Positions 38,680 to 51,189 of a stretch of 64,000 nt of DNA are shown here, one piece after another (position 1 is the first letter of the stretch; each line of letters starts with the position of its first letter). Under the pieces are notes generated by a model. It made no database searches. It saw only the letters and a list, made by a program, of their open reading frames with translations, and was not told where the DNA came from. The DNA is taken from contig CAUYUJ010000181.1 of NCBI GenBank assembly GCA_963575745.1, positions 62,001 through 126,000 on the forward strand, in the 5' to 3' direction. Source of the stretch: Prorocentrum cordatum. Its lineage: Eukaryota. The position numbers were made by a program, and so were the translations under genes.

Positions 38680-39765
38680 ACCTCGATGCCCGCTTGGTCG
38701 AACGCGTGGTCCCACTCTGATGCAAGAAGGTCATGAATCTCAGCATCCACCACATCAAGCATCATCCTCAAAGCCTGGGTCTCCGTGGCGCCGCCCTTCT
38801 CGACGAGCCCCTGGCGTCGTCGCGAGAGGAGAGGAAGCGACAGAGGCCACTGCTTTGGAGACGATGGTTGATGCGATCTCCAGTGGCACTGGAGATTCCA
38901 GGTTGGGGGGTCGAGGGCCGATCGAACCGACTCTGAGACCCTGGGGGCCTCGTCGATGAACTCATCGAGGAAATCTGCCCCCGAGTCTGAATCGACGAGC
39001 ATTGATTCGATGTGTTCGTCGGGGGTTGGAGGGCCGAATGCCTGTGGCGCGTTCCGTCTCTTCCTCTCCTCTCTGACCTCCTCCCTCTTTCTCCGCCACT
39101 TACCCACCTCATTATTCACCACCTCTCCTTCTCCTCATCGCACGTGTTCCTCATCCTTCTCCTTTTCCTCTTCCTCTCATCCCTCGTTCTCATCCTCCTT
39201 CTCCTCCTACACATTCTTTGCTCAAGCCAGCCTCCAAGGGCAAGCTGTCGTCGTTCTGGCTGGTCAGGTCCACCACTGGCGGCGGCGCCGCCAAGCCTGA
39301 CCCAGACGATGCCAAGCCTGAGCTTAATGATGTAGTAGTCCTCCGTACCGTCTGTACCCGTAGCCGCCAATATGCCATGTCAACATCATCCAGCGGGTGC
39401 TGGTTCGTCGCGGCGGCTAAGCCTGAGCTGGGCTCAAGGTAGAGGCCCTCGACGCAGCTCAGGAACTCATCCTTGAGATCAGGCAGCGAGAAGATCTGTG
39501 CCAAGACGATGTCTGCGTCATCAGAACCTTGAAACATCGCATACGAAGTGATCTCTTTAATAATCTTATCTCTGGACATCCCTACCCGAACCTTTTTATT
39601 CGGCTCCGTCTGAGATGCTGGTTCTGCGGTGCTGATGCCCAGGTGAGTAGGAGGAGCGCAATCACGATGTGGGGTGTGATGAGCAGCACCACCAGGAGGA
39701 CCGTCAGGCGCAGCCTCCGCCTCAACATCATCACGATGGCGATCGAGCGTGCTCACCCTCATGGC
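38680..39765 (-). CDS. Hypothetical protein with at least two exons (~39760-39233, ~39042-38683)
   Basis: Complex ORF segments ...SRDKIIKEITSYAMF...DDSLPLE and AFGPPTPDEHIESML...FDQAGIE, separated by a purine/pyrimidine-tract GC-AG intron candidate. Ends uncertain. Confidence 0.45.
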
Positions 39766-40077
39766 AGAACTGCCCACGCATTGCTGCATAATGATATAAA
39801 TAAATGTGAATGTAATGATATTCGCCATGTAAAGAGTTGGCTTGGCGAATCAACCTTGAAACTTGAGACTGTCGAGTGCTCTGACGTCGGCACCGAATCG
39901 ACTCCGCACGAGAAGGGAAGGACGCAGTAGCGAGGGGAGTAAACGAGGAAAGGCTGAGGATGCACAAGAGAAGATCGCATGAAAGCTTGTCTGTCCAGCG
40001 TTTTCTTCAACGCAGCATCTGACCTCGCGAAAGCTCAAGCGCTTCCGAGTCTGAAGAACAGGGCGGCTTGTGCTACG

Positions 40078-43000
40078 TCAGTCTGACGACGTGCTCGAGC
40101 CCGAGCTAGAGCTCGACGACGCGGAGGCCGAGCTCGACGTAGAGGAAGAGGAAGGATCTCGCCTGAACTCCTCTGGTATCTGCCCTGCCATCTCGCCATC
40201 TAGATCCTCGTCTGGACCCAACTCCCTGCGGTCATCAGGGGCCGACATGCGCCCAAACTCGCCTGTGCGGTCAGGGTATTGGAAGGCCATCAGCAACCAT
40301 CTCTTCATAACAAGACGCCATCTGCTTAACGCTGCCTCCAGCGTTTCACCTGCCTTCGGCTTGATGGTTCGAGTCCTGGTGCATCTGGGCTCGACCGTGC
40401 CATTCGGGCGGATCTGCGGCCGATGGAATCGGCACGTGCACTGCAGGGACACGGGCTTGCCAGGGCGCTCAGCGACGATGAAAGCGCAACCGAACCACTT
40501 GGACGACTCTGGATGCTTCTCACCATTGGCCTTCCCGCGGCGGCCCCGGCGGCGGCTGCCAGCTCCGTCGTCGCCCGCTCCTGGCGACCCTGGCGGCGCG
40601 TCTGGCGGCGGCGGCAGCGGGGGCCGCGGCGGCGAGCCTGGCTCCTCAGGCGGCGGCGCCTCCTCCGCCGGCGGCGCCTCCTCTGGCAGCGGCAGCGGGG
40701 GCTCCTCTAGGGCGACGAAATCTATGCATATCCACTGCTGCTGGCCAGGCTCATCCGGGGCCCAGGAGTAGTGTATACGACCTCCTGGTTTGACCAAAGA
40801 GGCGTATACAATATTCCTGGCCCCAGGATGGGCCTGGCTTGCAGCAGTGGATATGTATAAATCTCGTCGCCCTATCCTCCAGCGGCGGTGGAACTGGCAG
40901 CGGTTCCGCATCGCCTGGCTGCCTGCCTCGCCCTCGACCACGTGCGCGGCCTCGCGCGCCCCGCCATGCGCCACCACCTCTCCTGCCTCTGCCTCGGCCC
41001 TGGCCCCGGCCTCGACGAGGCTGGAGCGGCATGCCATCCTGGTCGCCCTCGAAGTGGACGAGCACGCCCTCTCCGTCAACTTCGACAAGTTGCGTGTCGA
41101 ACTTGCTCGGATCCTTGCCATTGCAGACATGCTTGTAGTAGCCCTCTGGTTGCAAATGCAGAAGACGGTCGATCCCAATGGTCTGCATGAGGGCAGACGC
41201 CTGGCACAACGCCAAGAGATACCACCGATTAGCAGAAGACTTCCAAGAGGTCCACCACACTTTCGAGCTAGCCTCACCTTCATCGTCGAAGCTCAAAGAA
41301 ACCACTGCAGCCTTATCTTTCTTCGTTGCACCCTTTGGCAGCATCGAGTGAACCCAACCATGCTGGTGCAAGTATAGTATCAACTCCCACCTTGTAGCAT
41401 CGCGAAGAGCGTCCGCCTCGGGGACTTGGGCCAAGGTGTTCTTCGGCGTGTCCAGGCGCAAGGTCAAGCGAAAGGAGTGCACCGCCTTGGCCGTTAATTG
41501 CCATGATGAGTGGCTCGACGTGAATAAGCAACACTGGACCAATCCGCTCCGCGCCATTGTTTCCAACGTCTTGCGGTCTCCGTCTCTGCTGCGGTGGTCC
41601 ACGCACATCGAGGCATACTCAGTTTGCTGCGATATGAAGTCCGAGGAAGTACCAGGAAAAGCCCCACACGATGAGAGCTCAACAAGGAGACGGGATAAGT
41701 CTGCTGGGTCGACACCTTCCACACCATGACCTGCGTAATGGTACTCGACTCCTGCCTTAGTGTCGATGCTCCAAGACTCGACGGAGCTCATCATGTCATC
41801 GATGGTGCTGAGTCTGGGCGGTCTCCACACGTAACAACCAGAGGTGTTGACTGCATCCACCAGAGAGGCATGGTTCGTTCTCTGTGATGGTTGCAAAAAC
41901 ACTGAAACTACTGGGGTGCCTAACCGACCTTGATCACCATGGTTTTGCTGCACCTCGTGCACGCTGACAACTACGTCGTCCCTAGCAAATGCTCCGACTC
42001 GCTGCGAGGATATCGTCACCTGGGAATCCCAGGGGAAGATGGTGAACTATCTCAGTAAGCTTCTGGGGGAGCTCCCTATTGGGCCTCAAAGCGCGCGAAG
42101 TGGGAGACACGTACTGTTGGAGCCCATTGGGGCCTTCGCTGGACTCTACACCTACTGACCGCCTTGAAGCCGTCTTGGTGTCTTGGTATTGCCTTGGATC
42201 TTATCATATATGCTTGCCCTTCCTGGTGCTGTCTTACAGGCCCAACAAAATTTATTATCTCCTCTTCCCCTTCGCCCTCATCCTTATGTCCTCCTCATCC
42301 TTCTTCTCCTGCTCCTCCTCCTCCTCCTCCCCCTCCTCCTCCTCCTCCTCCTCCTCCTCCTCCTCCTCCACCGCCTCCTCATCCTCCTCCTCCTGCTCAC
42401 AGCCACCCTCGAGTTCGATACGAGGCTCAATACGAGGCGACCTGGTCTGCAGGCCGTCTGTGCACGACCCGGAAGAAGCACCGCTCGTCCACGAGGTCAG
42501 GCAGTTTGAGACCGCCTGGATCGTCAGACTCATCTGCGAGGAATACCCCCCCTGCTTTGTGCAAGTTGTTGATCGCATGCGCGGACTCATCGATAACAGC
42601 GTCCATTGGGACGATGGACATCGGCCCTCCAACCTTGAAAGAGTACATAGTAGTTGGCGTGCACCGGCGGTAAAAATGATCGACGACAGCATCGTGGAAC
42701 ACCGACGTTGAATGACCAGCTGGCTCTTCATGCTCTTGATGCGCATCATCGCGTTTCCTTTTCTTGCCGCTGGGGTGTTTGGCCGAGGTGTCCGTGACAT
42801 TGAAGGACTTCAAATTCCTGAATTGCGTGCGATGGTCACGCCTGTACACGACGGCTTCCACCAAAGGGTGATGATTGTGACCAACAAACACATCGTTGAA
42901 GGGCTTATTGCCAGACAGCACAAGCGCTTCTTGAACAGCTGGGTGAGTAGCCAAATCAAGAGCCTGCAGGCAGTTGCACATGCCGCGAACCTCGTCGATA

Positions 43001-46000
43001 TGGTTGGTAAGCTCAGCGAACATCTCTGGGCTGTGTTCGACGTGGTGTTCGAGTTCCCCACACCGCAACTGCAAACTGATGCCTGCCGAGGAATTCCGAC
43101 TGGCGCGTTTGCCCTTCGTGTTGATGTCGCGGTGCCTGGATTCAATGTATGTCTCCACGATCGGAATGCAACGCAGCCTGGCCCTGACAAGGTACAAAGA
43201 CGGAAGGTCTGACCAACTTGTCCCAAGTAGAAACTCAAGGAATTCTGCATGCGCCGTTCCCCCAGGGCAGCATAGAGAGCCAACAAGCCTAGACACTGTC
43301 GGGACACACTGCTCTCCTGAATCTGCGTGTGCACCAGATCTGAAAGTGTCGTAGGCTTCTTGGCAGCACCTGCGAGCCAGCTCTTCATCGATGTGGGCGA
43401 GGGCTAGAAATCGATGAGCGCCCGAAGTAAATACTGCAGTTTTGAAAGATATAACATATGCCATGTGACTGGCAGCACTGTTGAGGTCCGTGACGATCAT
43501 ATCACGCATGTTCTTGGGCAGACCTGCGATGAGAAAACACACGCTTGTCCGAGAGATCGAGGTGTGCTCGTCAATCAGCTCCTGGATTCTGCCAGCAGCC
43601 AGCGCCCCAACGCGTCTACCGCGCATCGGGCACGTCGGATAGCTTGACGTTGGTGAAGCTCTGTGGTAGGCCCGGGATCGCTGCGCCCACGTCGCAAGCT
43701 TTCTTGTACCAAGGTCGCAAGAAGAATGGCAATCACACCCCCAAGCCCATTCCTCAATCTTCAGAAGGACTTTGTTTACCTGGATCAGCATCTTGCCGTA
43801 CTGCCAGTGCGCTTCCGAAGTCACAAAATCGGTCGGTATGCCCTCATCCTCACCATCGTCAGGCTGGCGTAGCCCAGGCACATCAATTTTCCGTCCATCC
43901 CAGTGCGCTCGCAAGGGGCCTTCGACCTTTTCGGGGACCGTAGAGCACGTCCTCCTCCTGCCCCCCTCTTCCTCCTCCTCCTTCTCCACCTGCTCCTGCT
44001 CCGACTGCTGTTGCTGCTCAACGACAAGCACTCAACGACAGGCAACCACTCAACCAAGGCGGTGTGGTCGTGCTGGGGAGTGGTCGTGCTGGGGGGTGGT
44101 CGTGTGGGGGGGTGGTCGTGCTGGGGGGGGTAGTCGTGCTGGGTGTGGTCGTGCTGTGGTGAGGTCGTGCTGGGGTCGTGCTGGGTGATGGCCTTGCTGG
44201 GGTGGGGTCGTGCTGGGATGGGGCAATGCTGGGGTGTGGTCGTGCTGGGGCTGTGTCGTGCTGGGGTAGGGTCGTGCTGGGGTGGGGTCGTGTTGGGGTG
44301 TGGTCGTGCTGGGGTATGGTCGCGTTGGGGTGTGGTCGTGGAAACGCACGGGTTCGTGCACCTGGAGAAGGCAAAATCTCTGGGGCGCCCAGATTCCTCA
44401 AGTTCTACAGAACAAGCGATTCGCTCGAGACATCCTCGGTAACTCTGCGGAGCAAGCGTTTCGCTCGAGACATCCTCAACACACGAAAGAGTGGCCCGCA
44501 CCCTGTTATTTATCGATCGGGCGTTCAAAAACAAGCGTTTCGCACGAGACTTCCTCGGATTCTTACCTTTCCTGACATGAACGGGGAGCGCGTGAAAGGA
44601 CAGAGCTGCGCAAGAACGCGCAGCATCATCACGATAAAATGTAATGTAGGCGAGCTCTCCGAACGTCCACACGGGATACCCACGGACACGCGCTCCCCGA
44701 ACGTCCACAAGGAGAGTCCTGAGTATCCTCCTCACTTCTCTGTACGCCTCCAATGTCGTCCGTCTAGCCCTCACTTATCTGATGTGTTCGAAGGCCCGTC
44801 CGAAGGTACACGCACGCACCCACACAAGCACACGCACGCGCACACACCCAGGCCACCAAGATAGCCCAGAATCGTTCCAAGGCGGCCCAAGATGGCCTCC
44901 AGACGGCCCAAAAGGCCTCCAACACGCCCCAAGAGGCCTCCAAGAGCCCTGCCAAGAGACATCAGATACAAGGAATGTCATAGACAAGGACGATCATATA
45001 CAGGAACTCAATATAGAGGAAATACCATATACAAGGACCACCAGTATCATATACAAGGACCAAGTATCATATACAAGGTTATTCGAGAACACCCCGAAAA
45101 TATGTTTCATAGCAGCTCTTTCGACATCCCAGTTTTCCGAGCATGTCTCAGGCGAAACGGCCGTTTTTGAAGTTCCGAAAATTAGGCCAGCGATTTCAAT
45201 ATCCCGATTTTGTGAGGATGTTTCAGGCGAAGCGCTCATGTTTAACATAAGACGTCTTAAGACATAACCCCCAACTTCACGATTTGGCGAGGATGTCTCA
45301 GGCGAAACGCTGGTTTTGGGAATCCGCCAGGCTCTGAATCACGAGGCGGCGCCGCGCGTTCCCCTTCCAGACCTCCCCCAGTTGATAAGTAAATCCCTCT
45401 GGGCAAACAGCCGTCCATCGCGCGACTCTTCGAGTCTTGGCGCGCTTCCCGTCATCCGCCGGCCCACCTCGACCTCGATATTCATCAAGGAAAGAATCCG
45501 CCGCCGGCCCACCTTAGTTGAGGCACCGGGGACAGGTTGACCAACTAAAAGAGAACTCTGGGCTGGCGCCCTTTCTGGGAAAAAGGGAGAGGAACCAGTG
45601 GGGTAGACCTCGAGAATTTCTTCCATTGCTTGTATCACGTACCCCCGTCGCACGTCGACGATATCTGGAGCTAGTACTCGAATCTTCTCGGCAGACCACG
45701 AGGCAGGCGGTGAGGAAAAACATTGAGCGATTACACGGTCCCTGTAGGTCTTTCTCTTCATGAAACCGCAGAACACTTTGAATGCTCTCATGAACCATTT
45801 GAAATTCATCATTGCGTGCAGCACGTCTTTCGCCGCATTGTGGATGATATGCATGAGCCCAGGCACCTTTGGGGCTGAGAAGCGCGGGAGATTCAGCCTG
45901 GTTCCTAGGAGGATTCCTCTCCCTCTTGGGCTCAGGCCCTGCAGCCCTAGGCCCTTGAGCCTTGAGCCCGTGGCTGAAGGCTGAGAGGAGGCGAACAGGG

Positions 46001-48640
46001 ATTCGCGCCTGTTCGTCTGGACTCCAGGGCCTGGCTTGGAGAGGAGAGGAGTCCTCCTATGAATCTGGCAATCCCACTGGCACGCTTTGTTCTGACTTCT
46101 TCTGTTCAGACCCCTTCTTCCCCCGCGAGACGTTGGAGCGTTTTTTTTTTCTACCGAAGGAGTTGGGAGGAGGAGGACGCGAGAGAGCAGGAGAAGGAGG
46201 AGGAGGAGGAGGAGGAAGAAGAGGAGGAGGAGGAGGAGGAGGAGGAGGAGGAGGACGAGCGAGAGAGGAGGGGAGGATGGACTCCAGGACGGCCTGTCTA
46301 GCCCTCCTCCTTCCTTTTCCTTCAAAGGAGGATCATGAGGGTCTGAGCTGGCGCTGACGTGGAACGTGGGAAGCCAGAGACACCAGAGGGGAAACGCGAT
46401 CCCCAGGACCCTGGACCCCTGGTGAGGTCGGAGACATATTGTTCTCCTCCCTCCTCCTCCTCCTCCTCCTCCTCCCCTCCTCCCTCCCTCCTCCCTCATC
46501 TTCCTCGCCTCCTCTCCTCCTCCCTCCTTCCTCCTCCTCCTCCTCCTCCTCCTCCTCCTCCTCCTCCTCCTCCTCCTCCTCCTCCTCCTCCTCCCCCCCG
46601 CCCTTTTCCTCGTCGTCCTCCTCAGGTCCTCCCTCCTCATACTCCTCCTTCATCCTCCCCCTCTTCCTCCTCGCACTCCTCGTACCCTCCATGTCGCAGA
46701 GCCCAGTGCCTGCGCGGCGTTCGCGAAGTACATCTCGCCATGAGCAGGACTGTCAGCCTCCAGAGCCTCCAGTTGTGCGACGCCACCGCCCATCAAATCT
46801 GAGTCTGCCAATTCCATGTCCAGCTCATCAGCGAAGACGTCCACATCTTGGTCCTGCGCTGGCTGGAGGTCCCGAGGTGACTCCGAATGTTCGCAAGTAA
46901 ACATGCTCTGGAAACCTGGCACCAACTCTTCCTCCTTGATGCTAGCACTCGTATTGGCCAAGCCGAGCTCCGCTCCCATATCCGTGGTGAATGAAACGAT
47001 ACTCCTCGCGAGCTCCCGAACAAGTGGCCATGAACCGTTTTCAAGCCGGCACTGGTGTAGGAAGCCATGCAGCTTATGCTGAAAATATGACGCACCAGCT
47101 CCCACGGCAATACAGGGCATGGTGTGCAAACTGATCGAGGATGCTATGGTGGTCTCAGCTTTGGCAATCGCTTCAACCTCGGCCTGAGTGGCATCGCAAT
47201 CGTCAGTGCCCTGCCGCCGCCGTTGCTGAGCACGTAGTTCGACCAACGTGTCAATCGCCTGCGACAGCGGCACCAAGTCGTCTTCCAAGACTACTGCGCA
47301 AGAACTGATCAACCAGTCGGCACCACACTGCTCACTCGAATCGACCATGAAATATCTCGCTGGAAGCTTGCCATGGGACTTCGCATCTTGATTCGTTCGG
47401 CGATGCCACAGCATATAACCAGCGTCGACGGACAGTTGGAAGCGTGACAGGGTTCCAGCTGAAGGCAGCGGTACATCATGATTTGTTACCATGTCGACTA
47501 TGACGTCAGCAAACTCAGTCGGCAAGGCAATCTTGATGGACGCTTGAATTGCTCGGCTAAGTAAAGAGAAACTCTTGAGGCTTCCTGAGAGAAGAAGGCA
47601 ACGCAACATGTAAGCCGTCTCAAACACTTGATGGCCCCACCGCTTGGCCGCAGCGACCCCTCTTGGCGTTAAACTCGCTGCACACCTATCAAGCCACATT
47701 ACCATTTCTTCCAAAGCTGGTCGATCAGACGGGGATGCCGACAAAATGCGAGGGGCCCATTGTCTCAACATCTTGGATGCCCCATCGGCACGAACTTGCG
47801 CGTCCAAGATGCTGGAACGTTCGGAGGAGCCAACGACGTGGATGTCAACGTGGTCCCTCATCGCCTTCGCGTCCTCGAATATGGCATCGATCTTGGCGTT
47901 TCCGCCTCTGGCTTTCGGCTGCAACAGGCCGATGTGGCTGACCGCACCACCGCAGATCAAATCAATTAGCACAGGGTGTGGGAAGTAGGCTGTAAAGCAG
48001 AACCCGTCACCACCAAAGTTCACGCCATGCCCTTGCAACCAACAACGGACCGTGTTGGACCTCGGAGTGGCGGTACCTCCGACCTCTGAGAACAACTGGC
48101 CTGCTGGATTCGGCACGTTCATTGAGCCAGTTAGGTCCAGCAAGCGTGTTGAGGATAACCAAGAAATAGAAGTTAATGTCCTCAAGAGCCTGCTATCTGA
48201 ATAATCGGACTCGACCCAGCCAACCGGGGATTCGAAGCACATAGCTTCAGAAATGCTGAAAACACCTCACGATCGGTAACACTATTTGCTGACAACATGT
48301 GGTGCGCCAGTTGATGCCAACGCGTGCACAAGCATAAAGGACCAGAGTACACTTCGCAAGGCAAAGCAAGCATGATGATACCATAAGCGATCATGTCGCC
48401 AGTTGTATCGTTCATCGAATGAAGACGATGAGGACCAACAAGGCCATCGCCTGGCTTGGTCTCTTTGAAATCAATTGCTGACATGCCCCAGTCATCGCGA
48501 AACTTCGCGATGTCCTTTTGAAATATCTTGGGGATCAATTTTGCTGCATCAACTGTGTTCACAACACCACCGCCATCAGCGACGCCAGCAGCACGGAGCG
48601 CGCGCGCGCGCCTGCTCCTCTGCCTCTGGTTCGCCGCCAT
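40078..48640 (-). CDS. Large DDE (RNase H-fold, hAT-like) transposase; exons 48242(48640 via frameshift)-46710, 45866-45609, 43926-42442, 42019-40877, 40704-40078; possibly defective
   Basis: Five blocks, each a multiple of 3, join across GC-AG, GT-AG, GT-AG and GA-AG introns into 1681 aa counted from 48242. Ordered motifs: RYFMVDSS (D, 47340-42), VSFTTDMG (D, 46980-82), VPGLMHIIHN (xxH of the insertion domain), DVRRG (expected RW) and IVETYIESRH (E, 43141-43). C-terminal CRFH..C cluster. Confidence 0.7.
40705..40876 (-). mobile_element. Introner-type GA-AG intron: 167-bp hairpin element with a 5-bp TSD
   Basis: Element 40708-40874 with ~70-bp imperfect TIRs (tagggcgacgaaatctatgcatatccactgctgc / gcagcagtggatatgtataaatctcgtcgcccta). 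TSD tcctc at 40703-07 and 40875-79. Removing 172 nt fuses two ORFs (PPLE-EPPLP). Confidence 0.85.
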
Positions 48641-49874
48641 GGGCGAACATATCAAAAGAGGAAACTGCATTAAGCGAAATGCCCACATGATCGTACCTGA
48701 TCTGATGAGCTGGCGGCGGAGTGTTTGTTGTTCTCCTGGGGCTCCCAACTTCGCGCTTCGCGCTCTGCGAAGTGCGAAGCGCGAATAACTTCGCGCTCTC
48801 GCGCCGCCCCCCCAAAGGGAGAAAAGGAGAACGAGGAGGACGGGGAGAAGGAATGAGGACCGCGAAGCGCGAAGCGCAAATGACTTCGCGCCCTCGTGGG
48901 AGCCCTTGTTCTCTCTGTTGTCGTGATCATGCTTCTCCTCCATCTCCTCCTCCTCCTCCCCCCCCCTTTTCTTGCCTGCTCACATTCTCCTCTTCCTTCT
49001 CCTTTTCTCGCCCGTCCGTTCGGAGGCAACTGTTTTATGGGCGAAGCTCAGATATGCGTTCTCATCACTGACAACACAAGCTTCAAATGTGACGCCAGAG
49101 GGAGCGATGCCTAAGTCTGCACATGAATCCACCGGGGCCCCTGAAAGTCCCCCAAGGCTTGCGAATTCCCCACTTCATCTATGCCTTTTTGCTCGCGTTC
49201 GTGCCCGCCAAACCCAAATTCTCCTAATGCGCAGTCAGGCTACTGAAAGACATGCGAAGGAGGCGAGGACAAAGAGGCGGAGGCTAGGATGCTCAGGCGA
49301 CGAGGGGGGAGATGAAGGAAGAGGACGAAGATAAAGATGAAGATGACCCCGGGGAGAAGGAGGAGGAGTAGACCAGTCCTCGAGGAGGAGGAAGAACACG
49401 AGGACGAAGACAGGGGGAGGAGGAGGAGAAGGAGAAAACATAGCATGCAGATGACCCCGAGCTTGCTTGCTTGCACGCGGCTGCTGGACAAGATTACGCA
49501 GTACTCCAATGCTCGCGAGAGACATCTAACGCGTATGCACACCAGCACTCGTGCACGAGGTGACTGACAACACGCTGCACGCGAGCTGAGCAACCCGTCA
49601 CAGGGTAAAACTGCTAGAAAGATTCACATGTCCGCCGTCCGCACCGTGCTGGTGCTGCTGCTATGCCAGGTGCGCACGGCTGCGCATCCCGAAGCTCGAT
49701 GACTCCGAGGCAGCGCGCGCACATCGGTCCAGAGATACTAACCCACCGGGAGGAGGAGGAGGAGGAGGAGGCTGCGGGCGAGATAGAAAGCAAAGTGACT
49801 TGAAAGTACGACCACTAGGACCAGGGAGGTCCAGATGGTCCAGAGCACAGGGCTGCAACTCGACTGCTAGAAAC

Positions 49875-50543
49875 TCACGGCGACGGGGGCGGCGGCGGCG
49901 GCGGCACCGGTACGTCACTGAAGTACTTGGCGATGTCTGGCGGAGGTAGCTCCAGTCGACGTTTCCGCGCGGCGCCCCCCATCCACGCAGGGCAAGGCGA
50001 GCCATCTAGGCCATCCTTCCACTCCCCAGCCGCGCCGCGGAATGGGCTCGAGCTGTGGTGTAGCTTCGCTATGTTCTTCACCTTGCTGACAATGCTGTGC
50101 TCGCGATGGTCACGACGACGTTCTGGGCTCTCACTGTCGACAACGATGGTGTCATGCGGCGGCGCCGCCGCCCCCGCTGGCCAGGTCCGCTCCACAGGCT
50201 GCTCAGGCGGATGACGCCGCGGGGGCGTCGTCGGCACCCTGCTGCCCTTCGGCGAACCGCCGCGGCTGCGGCGGCGGCTGTCATTGCGCTTGCGCCCACT
50301 GCGGCTGCGGCGGCTGTCCTTGCGCCCACTGCGGCTGCGGCAGCGGCTGTCCTTGCGCTTGCTGCCCTTGCCCGTGCGCTGCTGCTCGTCGTACTGAGAC
50401 TGCAGTTGCTTCGTGCGCAAACGAGCCTTCAGCAACTTCACCTCCGCCTCCGCCCGCTTCTCCTCGAGCTCAGCTTCGCGCAACTGGTCCGACATCCTCA
50501 GCTTCGGCATGGCTTTCGCCCGAGGGGCGATTAGATTCACCAT
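49875..50543 (-). CDS. 222 aa basic coiled-coil / RS-rich protein, probable retrogene
   Basis: Intronless ORF (LREAELEEKRAEAEVKLLKARL; DSRRSRSGRK repeats) with an SL relic ~38 nt upstream. Confidence 0.65.
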   Translation of the reverse strand: MVNLIAPRAKAMPKLRMSDQLREAELEEKRAEAEVKLLKARLRTKQLQSQYDEQQRTGKGSKRKDSRCRSRSGRKDSRRSRSGRKRNDSRRRSRGGSPKGSRVPTTPPRRHPPEQPVERTWPAGAAAPPHDTIVVDSESPERRRDHREHSIVSKVKNIAKLHHSSSPFRGAAGEWKDGLDGSPCPAWMGGAARKRRLELPPPDIAKYFSDVPVPPPPPPPSP

Positions 50544-50580
50544 TTATTACAGTAGCAACTGCCGACGGCGGACAACGCAG

Positions 50581-50602
50581 CTTTGAGCCAAAACGGCTAT
50601 GG
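50581..50602 (-). other. Relict spliced leader
   Basis: Minus CCATAGCCGTTTTGGCTCAAAG vs CCGTAGCCATTTTGGCTCAAG. Confidence 0.85.
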
Positions 50603-51189
50603 GACGGAGGAGGACCAGGAGGAGGCGGAGGAGGACCAGGAGGCGGCGCTCAAGAGGGAGAGATGCCTAAGTCTGCACATGAATCCACCGGGGCCCCTGA
50701 AAGTCCCCCAAGGCTTGCGAATTCCCCACTTCATCTATGCCTTTTTGCTCGCGTTCGTGCCCGCCAAACCCAAATTCTCCTAATGCGCAGTCAGGCTACT
50801 GAAAGACATGCGAAGGAGGCGAGGACAAAGAGGCGGAGGCTAGGATGCTCAGGCGACGAGGGGGGAGAAGAAGGAAGAGGACGAAGATGAGGATGAAGAT
50901 GATCCCGGGGAGAAGGAGGAGGAGTAGACCAGTCCTCGAGGAGGAGGAAGAACACGAGGACGAAGACAGGGGGAGGAGGAGGAGAAGGAGAAAGCATAGC
51001 ATGCAGATGACCCCGAGGAGGAGGAGGAGGAGAATGAGGAGGCTGCGGGCGAGATAGAAAGCAAAGTGACTTGAAAGTACGAACACTAGGACTAGGGAGG
51101 TCCAGATGGTCCAGAGGAGGACGACGGCAGGGAGATGGTGGCCAAATGAGGCCGACCGAGCACCCCATGCAATTTCATAACCCTCCCCC

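Larger units (their letters stand above)
49097..51116. repeat. Direct repeats (~365 bp, 49097-49461 and 50653-51017, plus ~80 bp at 49766-49845 / 51038-51116) flanking the RS-rich ORF
   Basis: Near-identical sequence at offset 1556 beginning agagggag.gatgcctaagtctgcacatgaatcc. Confidence 0.9.
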
